The notes under the pieces: generated by a model | What the model was told of the DNA's origin: nothing | The model's input: only the letters and a program-made list of their open reading frames with translations | The model's database searches: none | Translations under genes and position numbers: made by a program | Part shown: piece after piece, positions 10,073-20,728 of the stretch | Layout: each line of letters opens with the position of its first letter | Numbering within the stretch: position 1 is the stretch's first letter | Origin: Vitrella brassicaformis CCMP3155 | Taxonomy: Eukaryota; Protista; Chromerida | Reading direction: 5' to 3' | Length of the DNA: 64,000 nucleotides | NCBI GenBank assembly: GCA_001179505.1 | Contig: CDMY01000433.1 | Coordinates: 1-64,000 of the forward strand

Positions 10073-13000
10073 TCAGTCAGAGTCCTGTAAGGGTCTGCTG
10101 GGGTCGATGTTGTCCGGGGTTGTCTTGTGGAGTGTCATGAGGTGCGTCCACAAGGGGTGGATGAAGCTGTATCGGTGCAGCCGGTACTCCTTCAGACACG
10201 ACGCTATCACCGCCACTTGCAGCGAACGGAACAGGGTGATGAATCCCACAAATATGCACACTACCTCCTGCGCACATAGTAGGAGACACAGACAACACGC
10301 ATACACACAAGAAGTGTCGGCAGGGCGATGAGTGAGGCACGGCACTGTCTTACCACTAGCGTCAGGAAGCTGTGTTGCCGTAGAGATATCATGCCACGAC
10401 CTGAGCATACACACACACGTACGCATGCGACATGCTCTCCACCTGCCTCCAGGTAGACAGGCATGTATGCTCGTGTGTGTCCCTCCCTCACTTCTGTCCC
10501 ATAGAGTGGTCAGCAGCGTCAGCAGCCGGGATGCAAACGCCCCGTCGGCCCTGTGCTGCGACTGGTGCGTGTAGAATACGGCAGACGAGGCGATGACAAA
10601 ACCCGCCAACAGGATGATGGCCACGAGCAGCGGGGCACGCAGCTTGGCGACTGTCGACCGAAGGGCTTGCAGCTGCGAAAAGTAGAACAGACTGTATCGG
10701 ACCATCGCTCCCATGAACAGCAGCAAAAGGATGGAATCGGCGATGTGGGATGCCTACAGGCATGAGAGCAAAGCGGGAAGCAGCATGTACAGCATGGCAC
10801 ATCAATTGTGGGAAGGTGTCTCACATTTCGCAGCCGGTAAAAGTAGTCGAAGCTGTCATACGCCTCGAGACCATCCAGCACGCTATCCTGTGGGCGAGAG
10901 ACGCGGAGAGGTGCAGGCATATAGCCCAGAGTCTGCCGTTTCGTGTTTCTTACGTTGATGTGGTCGGCTGCCCATGTGGTTCGGATGGCAAACGACACAA
11001 TGATCATGATGGGGATCGACAGAAAGAGAAACGTCCACACAGACAGCCTGTAATGACATTTGTAGTATGTATGGATGCCAATGAGACTTGCCGTCCGTTC
11101 TTGTTACTTTTCTTTCTCTGTATCGTATCTCGGCCGCAGTATGCGGCGACCCTGACAGAAGACACGCCTGTGTGTGTATGTGTGTCTCTTTGTGTGTCTT
11201 ACCTCCATTGCGATGACCACGAGTGCCCACAAGATGGCGAAGGCAAAGAGCACGTGGTCCTGGGCCACGAGGATGTAGGAGCTGACCGCTATGGGCAGCA
11301 GCTGCACCTGGGTCACCGCCGAACCTGAGACAACAGCCATCTGTGGGCTGAGTTTATATGCATGGCTGTGTCGGGTGTTGGTTGAGGACCGGCGACATTG
11401 ATTTCTAGATTGACGTAGCAGCTGAGGATGGCGTCCACACTGCACAGAGAGACACACCGACGTGTACACCGCAGTGCGATCGGTCATTGACTGAGCACGC
11501 TCACCTTGGGTTGTAGAGTATGAAGGACACCTTTACTAGCCGCGTGTCGGCGGTCAGCCAGCCGGCCCTTAGTGACGCAAGATCGTTACGCAACGTCGCG
11601 CTGAAAGAGCAAAGAACCAACGGCGATCCTTCTCGTGTGTCCTGCATGGAATTGCTCACATGTCGTCGACAGCCACGTGTCTGGTGTCTCCATCGCCGCC
11701 CGAATCATATCTGCCCAGCAGACCATAGCTGTCACCACCAGCCGCAGGGAGGGCCCCGGCAGGGCCCTTCTTCCAGTCAGCAGCATCCCTGGCGGCACGA
11801 ATCTTGGGCTCGATGTTGATGCGATGCCAGCTGACAGTGGACACGCAGAAAATGAGGAGACAGGCATGTTTATGCCGTATGTGTGTGTGGTGTCCCATGC
11901 GAACAGGCTGGCTTACGTGTATGGTGGCTGACATGCTGGGAAGGCAGCTCCACCAAAGGCTGATGTGAATGATTTCTCCATCTCTGCTCGGCACACAGAA
12001 GGGCGACACAGTACAGCCAGGAGGTGACAGCACGTTCGGCTCTTCTCACTGGTATAGACGTCAGTGCACTCCTCTAGGTCCTCTAGTCGGTCTTGCACAG
12101 TGACTTCCTCAGTCGCCTTGCGGGCTATGTCAACCTTCCTTGCACACAAGACACAACGAGGGAGAGAATCAAACGACAAGCAGCACGCAGCGAGGCAGCT
12201 TTGGCCGCCTTACTGCCTGCAGCTGCAGCTGCCCCAGGAGGGCGAATGAAGCCCTGTTCAGCCGATTGGGCTCGGTGACCTCCTCAATGAATTGGACGAA
12301 CGGCCCCTCAAGCCACAAAAGGAACGTCTCATTGCTCCGGACGTCAAACATGGAGAGCGCGTCCGCATCTTGGCCCCTCTCTCTGCCCTCCATCAGGTAT
12401 GCCGGCGATGTGAGAGGCCTGTGGTCGTCCTGGTTGGCCATCGACGGCTCGGTGAAGTGTATCAGATGGCCGTCGCTTTCGATGCTCTCATACAGACGCC
12501 TCCTTCCTGGTGCCCCGTCTGATGTCTCGTTGGTAGGGTAAGGCCTCGTCAGGGTCTCATACACGTGGGAACGGAGTACACGCTCCTGCACAACACACAC
12601 ACAGCCTTACCCATCAGCCAGGGTGTGATAACGCTGCCAACTGACGTGGACAGTCCGTGCTCTGTTGGGGCCGACGGCGCTGGCCCAGAAGAAGATGGCA
12701 ACGACGAGGAATATGACTTCAATGACCCGCATGAGCATGTCAAAGTTGCGGACGGTGAGCTTCATCTTGGCGCGGTCGATGTAGTCGGACAGCCGGGGCA
12801 GCTTGAGCATCTCCTCGCTCTCTCGTTGCTGTGTGTCAAGCCGCTCCAGCATCATCTTGTCCACACCAGTCTTCCTCAGATTCTCGATGTTGACGGCCAT
12901 CTCGTCCCACACCGCAGGGCTGTCCTGCGGCGCCACTGCGTGCAGCACCGTCCTGCCTCTCACAAGAGTCAGTGGGTAAGGCCGCCCCTGCAGCGCGTAT

Positions 13001-14099
13001 CTGCTCGTCTTTGGGAGGGCAATGCTGCTTATCGACGCCTGCTTCGGCACAATGCGCCCATTTCTGTCCAGGAAGTAGACAGCGTCAGGGTCGAGACCCC
13101 AATAAAGAGAAGCCTGGTGGGCCACGTGCTCCACGGTCTTGGTGACATCCACGTCGATAAGGGCAGTTGTTGTGGCCCAGGGGTCACTTCGCGATGGGAC
13201 GCTGGCGCCTGTCCGTGCGTCGAGCTGGAAGAGCATTTTCGGGACAGGTGGCGGCTGGTGGTCATGGGCGCTGGATGGCCGCTCTGCGCCGCCCTCTGAG
13301 TCTTCCACTATCCTTCTCATGGCGGATGGGTCCATTCTATTCATCAGCACCTCCGTCGTCTGGTCAGCCTTTGCACCTGAGACACGATAAGAAAACGCGT
13401 ACAGATGGCCAGTGGGTCCAGAAGGGGTCGGTTCCCACCTGATGGGCTGGTGAGCACTTCGATGCGGATGGGTACAGTCTGTGCCGTCTGGACGGTGCTG
13501 AGAAGAGAAGTCCCACCAGCAATCACTGAAGCCACAGAGGCGTCCATCCGGCTCTCCGTCTTGGAAATATCATCCAATGAGCCAGAAAAGGCGGCATCGC
13601 GTCCAGCAGACTCCACAGCGCCGTCGCGGAAAAGGGGGGCCATGCTGAGGAACGAATCGAGGAGCCTTTGGCACTTGTCGTTGATTTGTATGATATCCTG
13701 CGACGTCAGATTGACTTCTTCGTCCGTCTTGATGGACGCAAGGCGGCTGCTGTACCGCTCCTTCTCGCGCGTGAGACGTTCCAGGCTCTCTGTAGTCTTG
13801 TGAATGCTGGCAAATCAACACCACCGAGTCAGAGAGTGCACCATGCGAGTCTGTCATCGATCGATGTGTGCTTACTCTCCGCGTACGGCATGCAGTTTGG
13901 ACTGCAGCTCCACGTTGGCATTGTGCAGCTCTGTTTGCAGCGCCCTCAGGTACTTGAGACTCCTGGCTTGGTAGACCCTGTCGAGGATCTCATCTCCGCC
14001 ATTGAGAGGGGCCGCCAGTGGGGGAGGAGAAGGGGCGGCCGGCTCGGGCTGAGGCTGGGGTGGCAGTGGGTCGATTGAGTCGGCGATGAGGCTGGTCAT
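10073..14099 (-). CDS. Polycystin (PKD2-like) cation-channel family membrane protein with an N-terminal coiled coil
   Basis: Coiled-coil exons are followed by TM1 (MLMRVIEVIFLVVAIFFWASAV), an extracellular segment with FALLGQLQLQAVR (cf. the polycystin LLGxPRLRQLR motif), and about 5 further hydrophobic helices (ILLLLFMGAMVRY, LLVAIILLAGFVIASSAVF, VVCIFVGFITLF..VAVI). Stop at 10073. The family call rests on topology and a partial motif. Confidence 0.5.
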
Positions 14100-14254
14100 T
14101 CGGGGAAAAGGATGCAATCAATGGGAGAGGGATCCTCCGACGCAGTCTCAGGGCCCCCACAGCAGATCCCTCGTGCGCGAATAGATGGGCGTCAAGGCAG
14201 TGGCGTGCCGGCCCTTTAAGCCATCACCTGGGGGAAAACCATTTTTGGAATTTG

Positions 14255-14275
14255 AAGCTCGCAGCTAAGCTCGCA
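14255..14275 (+). promoter_or_regulatory. Two tandem copies of candidate promoter motif AAGCTCGCA in a head-to-head gap
   Basis: AAGCTCGCA at 14255-14263 and 14267-14275, between the polycystin-like start (14099) and the oxidoreductase start (14400). Confidence 0.5.
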
Positions 14276-14399
14276 GTCCTTCCCAAATCGTTGGCCGTGT
14301 AACCTTCTCTTCTTCGCCGTGGACGCTTTCTGCAGATGATCTGCAAATGATCTAGGCTGCCGAATAACTTCCGCCACTGTTTGGGTCATCTGTCTATCT

Positions 14400-17213
14400 A
14401 TGGAGGCTGCAGGCGTTGGGAAGGGGCCGAGTGAGGGTGAGAGTGACGGCGGCGTCAAACGGGAGAGGAGTGAGAGCGGCAGGCACTGTCAGAACGCCGG
14501 ACTGCAGGTGGTCATTGTTGGGGGAGGCATTGTCGCCGCATCCATCGCATGGTAACGACCAACCAACACTCATGGCAGAGAGCAACCACAAGGCTGAGGT
14601 TTGCTTGGTCCCCCCACCGTTTGATTGTCTGTTCCGTTCGCAGGAATGTATCTTTGACGTGCAGCGTGATAGTCGTGCACGACACCCCGGTGGACTCTGT
14701 GCTGCCCGTCGCGTGTGAAGACCACGACACGGCCGACTCGCGACACCCACGAGCGCCACAACACTCTATCAGCCAGTTATCGATACCGGTTAGCACTCGC
14801 CGCAGAAAGATAGAGGTTTTGTCCGTCCGTTTGCTCAGTGTGGGAATGACGTGAATCAGGGCGGCAGCGATGCTCTGGAGAGTCCGTCGTGCTACCCCTT
14901 TGGCTGGATCAACAGCTACCCCCCCAACAGCCACGACTCGCGCACCAAATTCGGACACAACCTCCTCAGCAGACTCGCCACACGAATGTGGCCCAAGTAA
15001 CTTACAATCAGACAGGGCACTATTGATCAGCGTCAGCCCGTGGCAAAATGCTGTCTGTGTTTGCTTGTCAGGTTCTTGAGTCTGCTGAATCTGTCTGCCG
15101 GCGAATGCAGCTACAGATGTGGATCGTGCCTGTGGGCCACAGATGGTACGGCGACTTGATGCGTCCAGTATCTTTGACACGTCACACCGTGTGTGGGTGG
15201 GTGGATGTGCAGAGGACAGCGTCAAGCTCTTGGAGGAGTCGATAAGGCTGTGTCGCGACGTCGACTACCGGTCCACCCAGGTGTCGCCCGTCGACCTCAA
15301 GGACCGCATCGGCAGCAAGGTGCGGCTCAACTCGGCCCGCCTGTGTGTGCATAACCCCGACGAGGCCACGGTGGACGCCGACGTGGTGGCCAACCGGTGT
15401 TTCCAGAAGGCCAAGGAGTGCGGGGCGACCGTCGTGAGGGCCCGAGCGCTGCGCATCATCATCGACAGCGACGGGGCCGTCAAGGGCGTCGAGACCAGCA
15501 AACACGAGGTCATCACCGCTGATGTCGTCGTCATTGCATCGGGTAAGGGAGGGAGGGAGGGAGGGAGGGAGGCATCTCGATGAACAGATCGACAGATGAC
15601 ATGGCAATATGGCCGATGTGTCGACTGTGTGTGTGCAGGTGTAGGCTCTGAGGCGTCTCGGCTGGCTTTGACGGCGGGTATTCGGCACATTCCCTTGATG
15701 CCTTGCTCTGACGTCATAGTTCGGGCACAGAGCGAGGACCCCGTCAACAAACCACTGCCCAGGTTGCTCAAGGACTGTGGATGCCTACAGGTGCATACAC
15801 AACCACACACCTACACCTACACGATGGATGGATGGATGAATGGATGGATGGACGGCGGTTTTGCTGCTCGCTTGTGTTGATCAGAAATTCTGTCTTGGGA
15901 CCGACGACGGCAGGGACCACAGGATTGAAAACTACCACCTCAGACAGGTAGGGGTGCACAAGGACGAATCGGACGCACCAACACGCCCTCTTACACGCGC
16001 TGCATGTGTGTATGTGTCTGTGTGTGTATCAGAAAGCTGACGGGAGCATTGTGATGGCCAGGATAGGTCGTGGCATGGATCGCAGCAGTGAATTTTTGGA
16101 CGCCTCAATCGGCAGGCAGGACGGATCCGCCACATCCGCCAACATGGCACTCACACTTAGACGATCGTCCTCGGCCGGCGGCGGGGCGAGGATACGCTCT
16201 GCCATGAGCGCCACCTCGGTGCTGCCGCCCACAACGCCATCGCCAAAGCGGGCAGCCACCACCACGATGCAATCGGGCGGTTTCTCGCCACTGCAGCCAG
16301 GCTTCCGCCCCCTGGGTCCGTATTGCCGTCGTCACAGCACGTCAGGGGCCGGTTTCGGTCGGGGCGAGGCCAGGTGGGATGCGCCCAAGATGCAGCCACT
16401 GCACGAGGAGGAGGCGCAGGACTACTCGGTCAACGTCGTCTCGCCAAGCCTCCTGGTCAGCCAGCCAGTCAGCCTGTCAGTCAGCCTGGGTGGAGGTGTG
16501 GCTGCATGTATGTTGGCTCCGTGTGTCGTGTGTGTGTGTGTGCGCGCGTGTATCGAATGCAGGTTCATGATGAGCCCGAGATTCAGCACGTGGGGAGGCA
16601 CGTCCTCGACACATGGTCAGAGGTAAGCGATCCACATACGCTGCGCAAGTTAGCAGCCGGGTGGCTTTTCTCTGGAGGGAGGGTGGCTGCACGTGTCTGT
16701 CTGTCTGGCCCTTGTGTGTCCGTTAGGACATCCCGGAGCTAAATCGAGAGGACCTTGCCTTATCGACGTGGATATGGGATCGGCCGCTCGTCGAGGATGG
16801 TAATGTAATGCACATTGGACGGACGGCGCCCGTTGCAGACACTTCATGTAAACCGCTGGCCCGTCTGTCTGTCTGTCTGTGTGTGTGTCTGTCAGGTTTG
16901 CCGATCATTGGGTGGAGCTCACACGTGACGAATCTGTACCTGGCCATCACCCAATCAGGCGTCACGCTCGCACCGGTCAGCATAGCTGCGGTGGCAAAGT
17001 GTCTGTTGTGTATGTCCATGTCTTCTTGTGGTGCAGGTGATCGGCAAGCTGGCCGCTCCGGAGATCCTGAGCGGCAGCACGGTAAAAGAGAAAGAGACGG
17101 CGGCACCAACAGGCACAATGCCCACACACCGCTCCGCTGTCGGTTGTCCTTCTCAACAGAGCAACGAGTTGCTGAGCCCGTATCGCATGACGCGTTTCGC
17201 GCAGAAATCATGA
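14400..17213 (+). CDS. FAD-dependent oxidoreductase, DAO/glycine-oxidase family
   Basis: N-terminal dinucleotide-binding VVIVGGGIVAASIAW, middle VITADVVVIASGVGS, and C-terminal GLPIIGW..NLYLAITQSGVTLAPVIGKLAAPEILSG..LLSPYRMTRF, all typical of the DAO family. Stop at 17211-17213. Confidence 0.85.
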
Positions 17214-17685
17214 CAATCGAGCCCGTCTGTGCTGGCCAAGAGTGCGCATGGTGCATGGAGGTGGGCAGTTGAGGTGGGCAGTTGGAGGGAGAGGGGATGG
17301 AGAGGCAGACAGACAGACAGACAGGCATGGGACGAGGGGGGCGTGTCTTGTATATGATGATGTGATGGGTTGGGTTGGGTTGGGTGACGGGACGCACAAG
17401 TGACATGTATTTTTGCCTTTCTGGCACGATGGTGCGGATGAAAGCATTGCACCGGGATACCCAATTTGCCGTCTGCCGCGCAACACAAACCGATAGGCCG
17501 ACACCCCTGAACCTGGCCAGGAGGAGAACTGACAGGCAGGCAGCCGCTGTCATCACAATCACACTCCCTGTCCCTCAATGCAGCCACACAGACTATGGAT
17601 ACGTTATGATGCCTTACACTGTATAGCACACATCCTCAAGATACTTTCCAACCCTCCCAATGACCTACATTCTCCAGCGACAGAC

Positions 17686-20679
17686 TCACATAATCATACA
17701 GCAAGGCCCACACGCATGTTTGTGTTTCTTTATGATCTCTAGGATCTCAGGCATTTCAGCCGCCATGTCCTCTGCCGTCTTCCCCTGTCACATAAGCAAC
17801 CGTCGACAATCGACTCTGTGTGAATCTGTATGTGTGCACTTACAGCATTATTCTTCATCAACAAGAGAGACCTTCCACTCCACTCCAATCTGTCATGCAG
17901 AGAGAGACAGAGAGAGAGGGGGTGTGATCTTGAGCGTCGTTCCTGCATATCTCACAGCTTAGTCACAGCCGCAGCTTGGCCTCCTTCGACAGCCAAATGA
18001 AGTGCCGTGTTGCCATCCTGTGCATGTCATGCACAGGGAGAGCAACAAGCAGATGACAGGCATTCTGTGTGTACTGAAGTGTGTGTCTCTCACCTTGTCC
18101 ACCTGTGTGCCAAGGCCTCTTCCCCCTTTGGGATGCATGACGTTCATCACATCGACATGACCAGAGTGGGCAGCCAAATGGAGTGGCGTGTAGCCCTCCT
18201 GCAATCAGCACCAGCACACAATCCACGTTATACATGAGGCGTCAGAGACAGATCTTCAACTCTCTTACATTGGTGCGTACATCCAGCACTTCTCGACCAC
18301 CCCACTTCAACCTGTCATGCAGGGAGATAGAGGGAGAGAGGGTGTGCGTGGAATTCGTCCTTTCTGTCGTCCATCGGTGTTTCTCTCACAGCTGAGACAC
18401 AGCGGCAGTGCGACCATCCCGGGCAGCGAAATGGAGCGCCGTCCAGCCACCCTGTGCGCGTCATACACACAATCAAGGGAAAGACAAACAAACAGATCAG
18501 AGACGGTCCATGTATGTTCACATGTGTGTCTCTTACATCTGTTTGCTGCATCAGTATCTTATTCCCCCCTTTGGCATGCATGGCCTTCATCACATCAACT
18601 TGACCATGCCCGGCAGCATTTATGAATGGCGTGACGCCGTACTGCAATCAGCACATGCATACAATCCACACAACGAGGCGGCAAAGCTATTCTCCCTTTG
18701 TACGTTGCTTCGTGCATCGAGCAGCTCGCCGTCCCACTCCAGCCTGACTTAGAGAGAAAGACGATGTGTGTGAATTCAAGTCACTCATCTCTGTCTCTCA
18801 CAGCTGAGACACAGCGGCAGTGTGACCCCCCGGGGCAGCCATATGGAGTGCCGTGGAGCCACCCTGTGCGTGTCATACACACAATCAAGGGAAAGACAAA
18901 CAAACAGATCAGAGACGGTCCATGTATGTTCACACGATGTGTGTCTCTTACATCTGTTTGCTGCATCAGTATCTTATTCCCCCCTTTGGCATGCATGGCC
19001 TTCATCACATCAACTTGACCAAAGTTGGCAGCAATTATGAATGGTGTGGAACCAAGCTGCGATCAGCACAATGCAACGCACGATGAGGTGTCAGAGACAT
19101 ATGTGTCTCACTAATTTCGTGTACGTTGTTGCGTGCATCGAGCAGCTCACGGCCTCCCCAGTTCAGCCTGACCCATGAAGAGAGAAAGAGGACTCGTGAG
19201 ACGTTCACATGCGTCTCTCACAGCTGAGACACAGCGGATGTGTGACCCGTCTCAGCAGCCATATGGAGTGCCGTCCAGCCATTCTGTGCGTGTCATACAC
19301 ACAATCAAGGGAAAGACAAACAAACAGATCAGAGACGGTCCATGTATGTTCACATGATGTGTGTCTCTTTACATCCATTTGCTGCATCAGTATCTTATTT
19401 CCCCCTATGGCATGCATGGCCTTCATCACATCAACTCGACCATTCTGGGCAGCAATCATGAATGGCGTGTGGCCAGCCTGCGGTCAGCACATGAAGACAA
19501 TCCACACAACGAGGCGGCAAACACAAACAATTGACACCAACAGACATCGAAAGTATGTCTATTCCTTTACCTTGAGACGTGCATAGAGCAGCTCGCTGCC
19601 GTTCACTTCAGCAGTTGAGACACAGCGGCACTGTGACCATTCTCGGCAGCCAAATGGAGAGCCGTCCAGCCGTTCTGCATTTCCATGAAGCCAGGATATC
19701 TCTTCATCACCAGCAACAAAATTGTCCAGTTGTGTTAGTACATCTTTTGTTTGCTGCAGGATCGATGGCCCGTATCGATCATAGCATACCGACATGATGC
19801 CAACGCGACCTTCACGTGCAGCGCAGATGAAGGGTGTGTTCTGAGGGCCAAACAGAAGACTACTGACCGTCTTTCCCCTCCACCACTGCATACCTCGTTG
19901 TTGTCTCGTCTGTCGAGTACTTTGATGCCGTGCATCTCAATGAGCCGATTGACGGACTGCACATCATCCGTCCGCACGGCCTCAAAGATGAAGGATGCTG
20001 CACGCACACAAAAGGGTATAGAGGATTGTGTTTTGCCTCTGTTTGTGCCTACCCTGAGATGAACGCTGGTACTTCTGTATGGTCTTCATCACTTCAGACT
20101 TACCTGCCTGGGCTGCTACCTCGAACGGTGTCTTGTTGTACTGCAATCAACGCACATGAAATCGACGTAAGGATGTTTCACACATGCACATGTACAATCT
20201 TACCCATGGCGCTGCGGTGGTGTTACGTGCATCAAGCAGTTCAGGGCCCCACTTCAGCAGCTGATCGACAGCCCCAACCGCGCCAGTGAACGCAGCATGG
20301 TGCAGCGCAGTGTTAAAATTCTGCACCCCAAATGCAGGACATCTACTCATGTCAAGCCGTAGGCCTTCGGTTGTGCCGTACGATGTCTGATTGATGCAGA
20401 ATTGCTCGGCCACGTTACCCGCGTGTGCAGCCACGAGGAAGGGTGTTACCCTCGCCCCATCTTCAACAAGTTGCCCTTCTGTGTCAAGTATTTCTGGGCC
20501 ATGTTTGTCGATGAGGTCGCTGACAGTCTGCGCACCGTTCGCCTTCACAGCCTTGAATATGGGTAGCTGCAGACAAAACTCCAGCAATGACAACACACAC
20601 ATCGTCAGAGTCTCTGAGATTTTCCCACCATTGCTGCGCGCCGCAGAGAGAGTTACACCGGAACGCCACGCGCATGCAT
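17686..20679 (-). CDS. Ankyrin-repeat protein (about 12 repeats), predicted C-terminal CaaX, one apparent 1-nt frameshift
   Basis: Repeated exons TPFxxAAxxGxVDVMKAMHAKGG and GWTALHxAAxxGHxAAVSQLLxW. The spliced frame is consistent except at about 19604. The terminal exon reads GKTAEDMAAEMPEILEIIKKHKHACGPCCMIM*. The start codon is uncertain. Confidence 0.8.
17940..19700 (-). repeat. Five tandem ~390-430 bp exon-intron units within the ankyrin gene
   Basis: The anchor CAG(C/T)T(G/T)AG(A/T)CACAGC recurs at about 17956, 18389, 18801, 19221 and 19612. The intron text CATACACACAATCAAGGGAAAGACAAACAAACAGATCAGAGACGGTCCATGTATGTTCAC is identical in three units. Confidence 0.9.
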
Positions 20680-20728
20680 GCAGGGCCCGGGGGCGATCGA
20701 CTGCCGCCCCCACCCCGCAGCACCGAAG

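Noticed and set aside
17940-19700. Regularly spaced repeats resembling a CRISPR or other spacer array
   Set aside because: The period is about 400 bp and the units are ankyrin exons plus introns in a eukaryotic gene. There are no cas genes or unique short spacers.
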